From contig CALVGM010000119.1 in NCBI GenBank assembly GCA_944327095.1, forward strand, positions 1-61,561: a stretch of 61,561 nt of DNA, read 5' to 3'. This DNA is from an uncultured Desulfovibrio sp. (GTDB lineage: Bacteria > Desulfobacterota > Desulfovibrionia > Desulfovibrionales > Desulfovibrionaceae). How positions within the stretch are numbered: the stretch's first letter is position 1; each line of letters starts with the position of its first letter. Below, one piece after another: positions 36,940-46,306 of the stretch. The notes beneath the pieces are model-generated. The model did no database searches and was not told the DNA's origin. It worked only from the letters and a program-made list of their open reading frames with translations. The position numbers and the translations under genes are program-made.

Positions 36940-39579
36940 CTAGGCATTTGGAACAAGCGCTGCCAACTGCCCCGCAAAGCTGAGACTCGAATCTGCCTCG
37001 CAAACAAGCATAAATGCTCCCACGCCATTACTCTTTTCGGCCCACAGCGCGCCTATATTGCGCTTTTCTCTTGTGTCGTCGCTACTCAGGAGGTGCTTCC
37101 CCTTGTACTCCACAAGGAGGATTCGCCCGTCATTGAGCCAGACCACAAAGTCGGGATAGAATCTGTCTGTAGACGTCGGCAGCCAGAAGGAACCGCCCTG
37201 TCTGTCCACATTCCGTACCCAGGTCTTCACGGCAGGGTGCATGTCTATGGCCTGCGCGCAGCGAAATTCCTCGCCCGAGGCCTTCAGGTCCCTGGGAAGC
37301 CCATAGTAGTGCTTGCGAAACTGGTAGGCACCCGCATAGGTTTGAATGCTTTCGGCATAACCCTCAAGGGGGAAGGAAAAACCAAGACCCTCGCGTGTCT
37401 CGACGCGCACCCCGGGAGAGGCAAGCAACTGCTGAAAGCCGCGCTTGCGCGCAAGTATCCTGAAATGCGCAATCTTGCGACAAATGCACTGGGCAAGAAT
37501 CCTCCTTGCCACAAAGAGCGTTGTCACGTCGTTGCCATCCCGTTCCACAAGCCCCTGCACACAGCGGCGACAGAACTCCAGCATGACAGGCTGGGCTATA
37601 TCGTCAACTCTGCAGAGCCTGTCCAGCTTGCGGGAGAGGGTCAGCATATTCTCTTCCACATCTGGGGCGTACAACATCGGCTGTACTGGCGCGTCTACAG
37701 AGTGCCAGACGAGCTTTTCGCCCTGCAAATCGAAGCGAAAGGCGTGAGTGGCACGATCGTAACAAAACTCCCCGGGCTGCAGGGGGCATTCACCAGCCTG
37801 CAGAAAGTCCAGCGGCGACCACTCTCCACACAAAAGTTCTGGCTCTACGACTTCAAGTTCACCGTCCACATCCAGGAGAAGCTGGGGTACGGCAAAGATT
37901 TCACCCAGTTTTGCCAGGGGCCGCGGCATGTGCTGGGCCACATTCCTTCTGTGAAGCGCAATCTTCTTGCGGACTTCATCCCGCTGTTTTGCGGGAGCAC
38001 AAGCCACAATGGCTTCTTCGGCCTCTCTGGAGATCATGCCTGTGCTGACAATCTCCACGCCCTTTTCCGTTTCACGTACCTGAATGCCTTTGCCCGCCTC
38101 GGCAAGAGACGCCAAATCAGGCTTTTGGGGAAGTGCAATGGTCAGCTGTGCGACTTCCTCAAGCGCTGGCGGAAATCGCCTATGCAAAAAATCGTCCGTT
38201 GCTCCGGGCAGCATGGGAGGTTTTTGAACCTGCGCAGCTGCCTCATCCTCCCCAAACCCCATATCGATCATTCTGTCGTACATGGCCTCGGCAGCATCGC
38301 GGAAGGAATTGGCAATGACATGGGCATAAGCCATGTTCAACTTCGTATTGCTCCTGGCACGAGCATAGGGCATGCGCATGACGCGACCAAGAAGCTGTTC
38401 CACATCCGTGGCAGAACGAATGTTGGCCACAGAGCAGAAGACGTAGGCAAAGGAGCAGTCCCAGCCCTCCTTCAGGGCTTCCACGGTGATCACGTACCTG
38501 ACAGGACAATCCGGGCTAAAAACATCTATTGTGTCGAGTTCGCGCTGATCCCCGGTCGCAACAGCGATGTGTTCTTTCGGGATGTTTTGCTCCAGCAAAA
38601 ACTGCTTGAGCGTTTCCACCGTACATGACTGATTTTTCTTCTCTGCTTGAAAAAGCACCAAAGGCCGTATGTAATCCGTATCCTGCACGGCAAGCTGCGC
38701 CAGCCTGTTTCTGGTCTCCACTGCTTGCAGCACAGCCTCTTCCCAATTTGCGTGCTCCACCACATTGAAGGGAAGCTTGATCATCTCCTCTTCCTTCAGC
38801 CTGGAAGGAAAGACCCGAAAGAGCACATTGCTCTCCACCGGGGTAGCAGTGAATTCCAGAACACAGGAGGGGTTGATGCGCCGGACGACCTCGCCCGAAA
38901 GTTGAGAAATCATCTTGTGCGCTTCGTCCACTATCATCAAGGGACAAAGCTGATGTACAAGATTCACAAAGGAATGCAGCACCTCTCCAGACTCGCTTTT
39001 ATCCAGGGCAGGATCCGTGTTGGGAAGCAAGCGGAAATGCTGTTCAAAATTCTCGTTTTCCCCGTAGATCTTGCGAGCGTCCTTGTTGGAATCCGCCACT
39101 CTGAAGGTCTGCATGGTGGCAACGATGATGCAGGCCGTCTTGAAAAGATCCTCTGAACGTATGGCGTTGATGTCCTCCACATCAAAGACACTCACGCCCT
39201 GCACGCCGAAAGCGGCGTTCAGGGCCTCCCTGTAGGGGTGCGAGGCCTGCTTGAGAGCCTGAACTGTCTGCTTGCGTATGGTGTTGGTCGGCACAAGCCA
39301 CAGAACAAGGGGCTTTTCCCTGTTCAGGAAGTATTGCGCGGCAAGCCCCACACTATGCGCGGCAAGAAGGGTCTTTCCCCCGCCTGTTGGAAGCCTGAGG
39401 CAGACATAGGGCACATTTTCGAGTTCCCAGCGCACGCGATAGCCAGTCTGTCTGATGTCGCTCGGATGCTTTTTGACTACCCGCGCAAAGGCATCCTGAG
39501 CTCCGAAAATGCTGGCTTCTTCCAGGTATTCCTTGAGTACATCCAAGCATTCTTTCTGGTAGTGCTTGAGTTTCAGCAT
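36940..39579 (-). CDS. res: Type III restriction enzyme Res subunit (SF2 helicase + PD-(D/E)xK nuclease)
   Basis: Motifs LPTGGGKT, DEAH, TATP, LKEGWD, QLLGRVMR and FYPDF...LVEYKG. Overlaps the upstream MTase by 7 nt. Confidence 0.88.
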   Translation of the reverse strand: MLKLKHYQKECLDVLKEYLEEASIFGAQDAFARVVKKHPSDIRQTGYRVRWELENVPYVCLRLPTGGGKTLLAAHSVGLAAQYFLNREKPLVLWLVPTNTIRKQTVQALKQASHPYREALNAAFGVQGVSVFDVEDINAIRSEDLFKTACIIVATMQTFRVADSNKDARKIYGENENFEQHFRLLPNTDPALDKSESGEVLHSFVNLVHQLCPLMIVDEAHKMISQLSGEVVRRINPSCVLEFTATPVESNVLFRVFPSRLKEEEMIKLPFNVVEHANWEEAVLQAVETRNRLAQLAVQDTDYIRPLVLFQAEKKNQSCTVETLKQFLLEQNIPKEHIAVATGDQRELDTIDVFSPDCPVRYVITVEALKEGWDCSFAYVFCSVANIRSATDVEQLLGRVMRMPYARARSNTKLNMAYAHVIANSFRDAAEAMYDRMIDMGFGEDEAAAQVQKPPMLPGATDDFLHRRFPPALEEVAQLTIALPQKPDLASLAEAGKGIQVRETEKGVEIVSTGMISREAEEAIVACAPAKQRDEVRKKIALHRRNVAQHMPRPLAKLGEIFAVPQLLLDVDGELEVVEPELLCGEWSPLDFLQAGECPLQPGEFCYDRATHAFRFDLQGEKLVWHSVDAPVQPMLYAPDVEENMLTLSRKLDRLCRVDDIAQPVMLEFCRRCVQGLVERDGNDVTTLFVARRILAQCICRKIAHFRILARKRGFQQLLASPGVRVETREGLGFSFPLEGYAESIQTYAGAYQFRKHYYGLPRDLKASGEEFRCAQAIDMHPAVKTWVRNVDRQGGSFWLPTSTDRFYPDFVVWLNDGRILLVEYKGKHLLSSDDTREKRNIGALWAEKSNGVGAFMLVCEADSSLSFAGQLAALVPNA

Positions 39580-41258
39580 GCCCTGTTCTCCTCACGTCCC
39601 TTGATATCGTAGGGAATCTGCCGGAAGTCTATGTCGAGCTCCTGTGTCCTCTGCCTTCCCAGCATATTTTTTGTGCCAAAGACAACCCTAGGGCCATTCC
39701 AGGAAGGAAGGGCAGCCAGTACCCTGGCCGTGAGTGCGCCACTCTTCTGAACAACATCATCAGTGCCCCCATTGTAGAGCAGATAGTAGGCAGTCCCCTC
39801 GTGCACGCCCAACAAGGGCGATGCGGGTATTGTATCCAGTGGTTTGCCGGTCTCGCAAAACCAGATGTGCGCAGCCAGCTGGGCAAAGGTGATGCCTTCC
39901 GCAATGGCACCGTTTTCGTCAAAAATGCCTGCTCCCAGCCTGTAGAAGCAAAAACCTCCTCCGCCCTTCCAGTTCACAGCTTCGGAAATGCCTCCCTGTT
40001 CTCCTTCTATGACTTTCAAAAGGCGTGGGACACAGTGCGTCAGGGCATGTTCCCCCATTTCTATGCCTATGTAGTGGCGCCCCATCTTGTGGGCTACTGC
40101 GGCTGTCGTGCCGGAACCAAGAAAGGAGTCGAGCACAAGATCCCCCGGGTTTGTGGCTATGTGCAGTATCCTTTGCAGCAGGCGCTCGGGTTTTGGCGTG
40201 GCAAAGACGTCCGTGCCAAAAAGAGCCAATATCTCCTTCTTGGCCTCGTCCGTGTGCCCGGTTTCCGCGTAGGACCAAAAATTGGTAGGGACCTTCCCTC
40301 CAACCTTTTCGAGATAGGTCTTTCTGGCTATACCCCCCTTGCCTCCCTTGGTAAAATAGAAACGAGGCCACTGGCCACGCTTATAGACTGCCTTAGCCAT
40401 GGCGGAGGATTTTCCCAGGGGCTCGGCCAGCACTATGGCCTGCACACCCTGACGAACCTCCTCTTCCTTCATTCCGCAAACAGCGGATCGCTCTTTTGCG
40501 TCGTGCAAATCCTCCAGTTTGTAGGGGCACCAGCCGTTCATGATTGCCAGGACATCCTCCTGACCAAACGTCCAACATCTGCCTAGGGTTGGATAGAGCA
40601 TCTTACCCGTAAAGGGATGCTGAATAGCATAGACCATGCCCTGGTGCGAAGATGCCCCTGGAGCATAGGGGTTGTCACTTCTCCACGGTGCCACGTCGTT
40701 GTCCGGGTTCTTGTATTTAGCGTCCATCGCGGCCGTTCTGGGAAGCTTGTTGGGCATCCAGCCATCATTCGCGGCATAGGCCAAGATGTGCTCCACCTCT
40801 GTGACAATGCCCTTGGCGTCGTTGCGAGTGGAATAGGTCCTCTGCCAAGACACGTCGGCAAGGAAGTTCCTTCGCCCCAAGATCTCGTCCATGACAACCT
40901 TCAGGTAGTGTCCCTCGTTGTCATCACAGCTCACCCAGATACTGCCGTCCTCACTCAAAAGCTTGCGCAAGAGTTCCAAGCGGGGATACATCATGGCAAG
41001 CCATTGCGTGTGCTCAAGGTTGTCGTCGTAGTGCTCGAAGGCCGATCTGGTATTGTAGGGCGGATCAATATAGATGCACTTCACCCTGCCAGCGTAGTAG
41101 GGAAGAAGGGCCTTCAGGGCTTGCAGGTTATCCCCCTGAATGAGCATGTTTTGAGCGCATCCATCTCCATGGCGCTCCACTTCTTCCAAAAGACAAAAGG
41201 GGACACTGGCTGCTGTGCGAATATCCTTGTCGCGGCTAAGCCACTGCAAAGTGGGCAT
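39573..41258 (-). CDS. mod: Type III restriction-modification N6-adenine methyltransferase (Mod)
   Basis: Motifs IQGDNL, YIDPPYNT, FATPKPERLL and LDSFLGSGTT (beta-class order); GAGGAG RBS. Confidence 0.9.
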   Translation of the reverse strand: MPTLQWLSRDKDIRTAASVPFCLLEEVERHGDGCAQNMLIQGDNLQALKALLPYYAGRVKCIYIDPPYNTRSAFEHYDDNLEHTQWLAMMYPRLELLRKLLSEDGSIWVSCDDNEGHYLKVVMDEILGRRNFLADVSWQRTYSTRNDAKGIVTEVEHILAYAANDGWMPNKLPRTAAMDAKYKNPDNDVAPWRSDNPYAPGASSHQGMVYAIQHPFTGKMLYPTLGRCWTFGQEDVLAIMNGWCPYKLEDLHDAKERSAVCGMKEEEVRQGVQAIVLAEPLGKSSAMAKAVYKRGQWPRFYFTKGGKGGIARKTYLEKVGGKVPTNFWSYAETGHTDEAKKEILALFGTDVFATPKPERLLQRILHIATNPGDLVLDSFLGSGTTAAVAHKMGRHYIGIEMGEHALTHCVPRLLKVIEGEQGGISEAVNWKGGGGFCFYRLGAGIFDENGAIAEGITFAQLAAHIWFCETGKPLDTIPASPLLGVHEGTAYYLLYNGGTDDVVQKSGALTARVLAALPSWNGPRVVFGTKNMLGRQRTQELDIDFRQIPYDIKGREENRAC

Positions 41259-41415
41259 GGGGCACTCCTCGAATTTGTTCCTGTCCGATGCAAACCAAGG
41301 AAACTTCGTGTGAGAAGTTCCCTGCCCCTTTTGCGGGCCTCTCATCTCCTTTTTAGAGGATAAGAGCTTGCGTCTTGCAGCCTTTGACCTTGCGCAGCCC
41401 CGCAAAGCAAACAGT

Positions 41416-41444
41416 TGGACGAATGAACGCGTATGGGATAGATT
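41416..41444 (+). promoter_or_regulatory. Candidate sigma-70 promoter for the small-peptide locus
   Basis: TGGACG-N17-TAGATT, about 70 bp upstream of the ATG at 41513. Confidence 0.35.
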
Positions 41445-41512
41445 GATGGCGCTCGACTGCCCCCACAGAGTCTGCGTCAGGCACGGCGCAAAACCCTCAT
41501 CGGGGGTTCCTT

Positions 41513-41584
41513 ATGAAGAGAATACTCTTCGCTCTGCTACTGATACTGCTCTCTTTGCTATTAAGAGGGGACACGAGACCATAA
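41513..41584 (+). CDS. 23-aa hydrophobic peptide MKRILFALLLILLSLLLRGDTRP (type I toxin-like, Ibs-like architecture)
   Basis: Translated by hand (below the ORF-track cutoff). GGGGG SD lies in the hairpin AACCCTC-ATC-GGGGGTT; strong hairpins follow. Confidence 0.55.
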   Translation: MKRILFALLLILLSLLLRGDTRP

Positions 41585-41590
41585 AACATT

Positions 41591-41728
41591 GGCTCCGTAT
41601 CAGGGGGCACTGATACGGAGCCGAAAAGTTACCTGTAAACCAAGTAGGCAGTCTTGCACGGGGGACGCTAACCATAGCGCCGTGCCAGCCCCGGTTTCTG
41701 TTGGCGCAGGAGCCGGGGGTCCCTTTTT
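41591..41728. other. Structured RNA region: three hairpins ending in a terminator-like stem and T-tract
   Basis: Perfect 13-bp stem 41591-41622; GCACGG/CCGTGC stem 41656-41685; CCCCGGTTTCTG-TTGGCG-CAGGAGCCGGGG 41689-41718, then GTCCCTTTTT. Confidence 0.6.
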
Positions 41729-41881
41729 ATGTAGCTCCTGTTTGCGGCACTGTCCAGAGCTTTCCTTCCCAAAAACGGCCTTTGCCCGATTTTGCTTTTT
41801 GCCCCCACTTGTGCAATACTTCATCCTGTCCTCAAAAACCAAAGGCTTGGAACTCTTCACTGTCCCAAGCAGGAGAACACT

Positions 41882-42472
41882 ATGGAACTTCTTCCCATCC
41901 GGCGGGCAATTCTCAGTGTCACGGACAAGAGCGGCCTGGTGGAATTTGCCTCCTTTCTGAGCAGCAACGGGGTGGAACTCGTGTCCACCGGCGGCACCAT
42001 GAAGGCCCTGGAAAGCGCAGGGCTGCCTGTGCAGTCCGTCAGCTCCGTCACGGGCTTCCCCGAAATCCTGAACGGCAGGGTCAAGACACTGCATCCCAAG
42101 ATCCATGCCGGCATTCTTGCCAACAAGGACGTGCCCGAACACATGCAGGTCCTCGAAGAAATGCAGATCAAGCCCTTTGATCTCGTCTGCGTGAACCTCT
42201 ACAACTTTGCCGGCGCCATAGCCCAGCACCTTGCCCTCGAGCAGGCCGTGGAGGAAATCGACATCGGCGGTCCCTGCCTCATCAGGGCCGCTGCCAAGAA
42301 TTTCCACTCCATGCTTGTTGTTCCCGGCACGGAATGGTACGGGCCTGCCATGGAAGACCTGAAGGAACACAACATGTGCTCCACCCTGCTCTTCCGCCAG
42401 CGCATGGCCTCCAGAGCCTTTGACGCGACCTCGCGCTACGACGCGCTCATCACCTCCTACATTCGTCCGTGA
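41882..42472 (+). CDS. purH: Stand-alone IMP cyclohydrolase (N-terminal domain of PurH only)
   Basis: Motifs RAILSVTDKSG, STGGT, TGFPEILNGRVKTLHP, VNLY and IDIGGP..IRAAAKN. Ends at 196 aa with no AICAR transformylase domain. Confidence 0.9.
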   Translation: MELLPIRRAILSVTDKSGLVEFASFLSSNGVELVSTGGTMKALESAGLPVQSVSSVTGFPEILNGRVKTLHPKIHAGILANKDVPEHMQVLEEMQIKPFDLVCVNLYNFAGAIAQHLALEQAVEEIDIGGPCLIRAAAKNFHSMLVVPGTEWYGPAMEDLKEHNMCSTLLFRQRMASRAFDATSRYDALITSYIRP

Positions 42473-42504
42473 TTTCCATCCGTTCCTGATTTCGGAGGCT
42501 TCCC

Positions 42505-44139
42505 ATTTCACGTCTTGACGGAAATCTGCAGGGCCTGAGCCCAAGTCAGCTCAAGTCCCTCGAACGCCTTGGCACACGAAAATTTCCCAGAGGGGATGTC
42601 TACACCCTCGATCAGGCAAGAGAACTGGCCCTACTCTCCCGCTCCCTGGAGCGGCAGATAGGGCTTTTGCTTGATCGCAGGGGTCGCGTTGCCCTGGTCA
42701 TCGTGGGCAAGGCGGACGGCATCTACATTCCCGAACTTTCCCGCTCGCGCATGAGCAGCGCAAGGCTGAGGGGTCTGCGCCTTGTCCACACCCACCTGAA
42801 CAGGGAGGGCCTGAGCGAGGAAGACCTCATGGACATGCTCTTCCTGCGCCTCGACGCCATGGTCGTGCTCACGGTCACGGCAGAGGGCTTTCCCCTGCAG
42901 TGGCAGTTTGCGCACCTTCTGCCCCCCACAGCCAGCGAGCCCTATCGCGTGGAGCCCATGCGGGCCTGGAGCGACACGGCCATTGATCTGGCCGAGCAGG
43001 CCCAGGCTCTGGAAGAGGAATTCGCCAGGGTTGTCTCGGACGGCAAATCCTCCTCTGCGGAAAACCGCTGCATCCTGGTGTCCGTGTCCGAGGAACCGCG
43101 CAGCGTGCAGGAACGCAACCTGGACGAGCTTGCCGAGCTCGCCAAGACAGCTGGCATCACTGTCTGCGGGCGCATGATACAGCGAACAAGGACTGTGCAG
43201 CCCAGAAACATCCTTGGCCGCGGCAAGATGGCCGAACTGGAGGTGCAGGCTCTGGCCGGACAGGCCGACATGCTGATTTTTGACGGTGAGCTATTGCCTG
43301 CCCAGCTGCACAACCTGGCGGACATCACCGAACGAAAGGTGCTCGACAGGACACAGCTCATCCTGGACATCTTTGCCCAGCACGCAGTGACCAGGGCAGG
43401 CAAGCTGCAGGTGGAACTTGCCCAGCTCAAGTACATGCTCCCCAGGCTCACGGGCAAGAACCGGGCCATGGACAGGCTCATGGGCGGCATTGGCGGCCGC
43501 GGCCCTGGCGAGACAAAGCTCGAGATCGACAGGCGCAGAAGCCGCGAGCGCATGGCCCGCCTACGCAAGGAACTGGACAATTTGCGCAGGCAACGCTCCT
43601 ACGTGCGCTCCAACAGGAGCCGCAACGGCATTCCCCTGGCTGCGCTGGTAGGCTACACCAACGCGGGCAAGTCCTCGCTCCTCAATACCCTCACGCGCTC
43701 CGAGGTTCTTGCCCAGAACAAGCTCTTTGCCACCCTGGACACGACCACAAGGCGCCTGCGCTTTCCCGCAGAGCGCGAAATCGTGCTCGCGGACACAGTG
43801 GGCTTTATCCGCAACCTTCCGGCAGAGCTCATGGAGGCCTTTCAGGCCACCCTGGAGGAGCTGGACAGCGCGGATTTGCTCATACACGTGGCAGACGCCT
43901 CCCACACGGACCTCTTTTTGCAAATCGCATCTGTGGAAACCATCCTGGACACCCTGAATCTCGCAAGGGTTCCCCGCTTGCTTGTGCTGAACAAGTGGGA
44001 TTTGCTTGACCCGCATGTGCAGGCAGAGCTCGGGGATGCCCTGCCTGAGGCCCTGCACGTCTCGGCACTGAAGGGCACAGGCCTCGACACGCTCATGAAG
44101 GCCATAGAAGACAAGCTGCTTGTCCCCGCAAGGGACTGA
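42505..44139 (+). CDS. hflX: GTPase HflX (long N-terminal form), probable ATT start
   Basis: GYTNAGKS, LFATLD, DTVGFI, NKWD and GGRGPGETKLE. Frame is open upstream of 42667 through GNLQGLSPSQLKSLERL to ATT at 42505, 6 nt after GGAGG. Confidence 0.92.
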   Translation: MSRLDGNLQGLSPSQLKSLERLGTRKFPRGDVYTLDQARELALLSRSLERQIGLLLDRRGRVALVIVGKADGIYIPELSRSRMSSARLRGLRLVHTHLNREGLSEEDLMDMLFLRLDAMVVLTVTAEGFPLQWQFAHLLPPTASEPYRVEPMRAWSDTAIDLAEQAQALEEEFARVVSDGKSSSAENRCILVSVSEEPRSVQERNLDELAELAKTAGITVCGRMIQRTRTVQPRNILGRGKMAELEVQALAGQADMLIFDGELLPAQLHNLADITERKVLDRTQLILDIFAQHAVTRAGKLQVELAQLKYMLPRLTGKNRAMDRLMGGIGGRGPGETKLEIDRRRSRERMARLRKELDNLRRQRSYVRSNRSRNGIPLAALVGYTNAGKSSLLNTLTRSEVLAQNKLFATLDTTTRRLRFPAEREIVLADTVGFIRNLPAELMEAFQATLEELDSADLLIHVADASHTDLFLQIASVETILDTLNLARVPRLLVLNKWDLLDPHVQAELGDALPEALHVSALKGTGLDTLMKAIEDKLLVPARD

Positions 44140-44141
44140 AT

Positions 44142-45101
44142 TTACCCCGCGCAGTGACAGCGCACGCGCCAGCCTGGAGCAAGCTCCCTCCAGTCTGGCG
44201 CCTTTTTTTTGCATATGTCCCTGGCCCTTGGGCAGCGGGGATGAAAATGACAGCCCTGCGGGGGATTGAGCGGCGAGGGGAGCTCGCCCTCAAGCACCAC
44301 AGGCCCCTCCCCGGCAAGGCCTCTACCGGGCATGGCCCTGTAGAGTGCCTCGGTATAGGGGTGCGCTGCGCGCCTCAGGTCGGCTGCAGCAAGCATTTCC
44401 ACAATCTCCCCCAGGTACATGACAAGCACGCGCGAGCACATGTAGCCTATCACAGCCAGGTTGTGGGAAATGAACAGCTGCGCCTGCCCGAACTCTTCCT
44501 GCAGATCGCGCATCACATTGAGGACCTGGGCCTGCACCGAGGCGTCCAGGGCAGACACAGGCTCGTCGCAGACCACAAGATCGGGTCTTGTCACAAGAGC
44601 CCTGGCCAGGGCCACACGCTGGCGCTGGCCTCCGGAAAACTCGTGGGGAAAACGCCCTTCCATGCCCGCGAGCCCTACCCTGGCAAAGATGTCCCGCACA
44701 GTGTCGCGTATCTCTTCTCTTCCCATATGTCTGCGCTTTTGAAAGCCGCGGCTCTCAAGGCCCTCGGCCACGGTCCTTCCCACGCGCATGCGCGGATCAA
44801 GAGAGGAAAAGGCGTCCTGAAAGACCATCTGCACGCGGCCCACAAGAGGCGAGGAGGCTCCTGCCTCGGGCAGGGGCACTCCATCGAACAGGATTTGCCC
44901 GGATGTGGGCCTGTCGAGCCCGCAGACCATGCGACCAAGCGTGGACTTGCCGCAGCCGGACTCGCCCACAAGGCCCACGCACTCCCCTCTCTTGAGGGCA
45001 AGGCTCACCTTGCTGACAGCGGCAAGCGGCAGCACGCCTTCGCGCGAGCGCACGAAAAAGACCCTGCTCGCGTCCCGAACCTGCAGCAACTCCCTGTCCA
45101 C
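44142..45101 (-). CDS. Oligopeptide/dipeptide ABC transporter ATP-binding protein (OppF/DppF type)
   Basis: [29 protein letters not shown] and [21 protein letters not shown] start approximate. Confidence 0.9.
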   Translation of the reverse strand: MDRELLQVRDASRVFFVRSREGVLPLAAVSKVSLALKRGECVGLVGESGCGKSTLGRMVCGLDRPTSGQILFDGVPLPEAGASSPLVGRVQMVFQDAFSSLDPRMRVGRTVAEGLESRGFQKRRHMGREEIRDTVRDIFARVGLAGMEGRFPHEFSGGQRQRVALARALVTRPDLVVCDEPVSALDASVQAQVLNVMRDLQEEFGQAQLFISHNLAVIGYMCSRVLVMYLGEIVEMLAAADLRRAAHPYTEALYRAMPGRGLAGEGPVVLEGELPSPLNPPQGCHFHPRCPRARDICKKKAPDWRELAPGWRVRCHCAG

Positions 45102-45124
45102 TTTCTCTTCCCCCACGGATTCGG

Positions 45125-46288
45125 CTAGCCCAGCCTGTCGGGACAGGAAACTCCTGCCTCGCCAAAGGTCGTCATGCTCCTGTAGGCGGCCACCGCGCAG
45201 CGCAGCACTGGATAGGCCACGGCACAGCCTGTGCCCTCGCCAAGATGCATGCCAAGATGCAGGAGGGGCGCAGTAAGGCGCTCGCCCCTTGTCCAGGGAT
45301 AGACCCCGGTCTTTTGTGCCTGAAAATAGCGATCCAGCAGGCCAGAGAGGCTGGTCATGGCAAGCACGTGCCCGGGTTCCGCGGACGCGTGGGCCACAAA
45401 GCAGTACTGGGCAGCCCAGGGGCAAAGGAGCACAGCGGCCGCGTAGGCCGCGGAGGCAATGAAACCGTCTACCAGCACTGGCACGCCGCAGGCAGCCCCG
45501 CCAAGGACCATGCCCGCCATGGTGACTATCTCGAAGCCGCCAAGGCACTGCAGGGCAGCCACGGGATCCGGCCACAGAACGTACCTTGAGGCAAGCAGCT
45601 CCCTGTTGGCCTCAAGGGCCCTGCGCACCACCTGCGCCTTGTGGGCCATGCCCTGCCTGTCCACGCCGGTTCCTGGGCCCACCACTCTTTCCACTGGCAG
45701 TTCCAGAAGATGGGTGTAGAGGGCAGTGGCAGAGGTGGAATTGGCAATGCCCATCTCGCCTATGGCAAGGCAGCGACAGCCTTCCTCCACAGCCTGCATG
45801 GCCAGACGCGCGCCGTTGGCAAGGCCTGCGAGACAGGTTGCCTCGCTCATGGCAGGTCCTTCGCACATGTTGGCTGTTCCGTCACCAAGGCGTCCGTCCA
45901 CGACCTTGTCTCCAAAGGGGCCACCAGCGCAGCCTGCGTCCACTATGACCAGCTGCATGCCGGAAGCCCTTGTCAGGGCGTTGATGGCTGCGCCGCCAGC
46001 CAGAAAGTTTGCCACCATCTGTCGCGTCACTTCCTGCGGAAAGAGGGAGACGCCCTCCCTGGCCACGCCGTGATCCCCGGCCACTGTGAACATTCTGGCT
46101 GGCTCGACAACAAGGGGATGGGAGCGCATGCCAGCCAGGCGTTCGGCTATTTCCTCAAGGCGTCCGAGGCTGTGGATGGGCTTTGCCTGGCTGTCCATGC
46201 GGGAACGGGCCGCAAGGCAGGCTGCGTCGCTCAAGGGACGTATGGCAGCCTTGGGCGGAAATATCTGTCGGATGTCAAAACTGGACAA
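45125..46288 (-). CDS. cobT: Nicotinate-nucleotide--dimethylbenzimidazole phosphoribosyltransferase
   Basis: Motifs [35 protein letters not shown] and [10 protein letters not shown]. Confidence 0.95.
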   Translation of the reverse strand: MSSFDIRQIFPPKAAIRPLSDAACLAARSRMDSQAKPIHSLGRLEEIAERLAGMRSHPLVVEPARMFTVAGDHGVAREGVSLFPQEVTRQMVANFLAGGAAINALTRASGMQLVIVDAGCAGGPFGDKVVDGRLGDGTANMCEGPAMSEATCLAGLANGARLAMQAVEEGCRCLAIGEMGIANSTSATALYTHLLELPVERVVGPGTGVDRQGMAHKAQVVRRALEANRELLASRYVLWPDPVAALQCLGGFEIVTMAGMVLGGAACGVPVLVDGFIASAAYAAAVLLCPWAAQYCFVAHASAEPGHVLAMTSLSGLLDRYFQAQKTGVYPWTRGERLTAPLLHLGMHLGEGTGCAVAYPVLRCAVAAYRSMTTFGEAGVSCPDRLG

Positions 46289-46306
46289 GGGCTTCTCCTG
46301 CCGGGG

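Noticed and set aside
39573-41258. Phase-variable mod (phasevarion)
   Set aside because: No simple-sequence repeat tract seen in the gene or its 5' region.
27250-41750. A single integrated genomic island or prophage
   Set aside because: No integrase, transposase, tRNA or att-like direct repeats seen; defence genes alternate with core genes (proC, ctpA, rbr, speA).
41440-41880. ZMP/ZTP (pfl) riboswitch upstream of purH
   Set aside because: Expected from context, but the conserved GACUGGCG...GUGG...CCAC.GGG and 3' CGCCUGGGC elements are not present.
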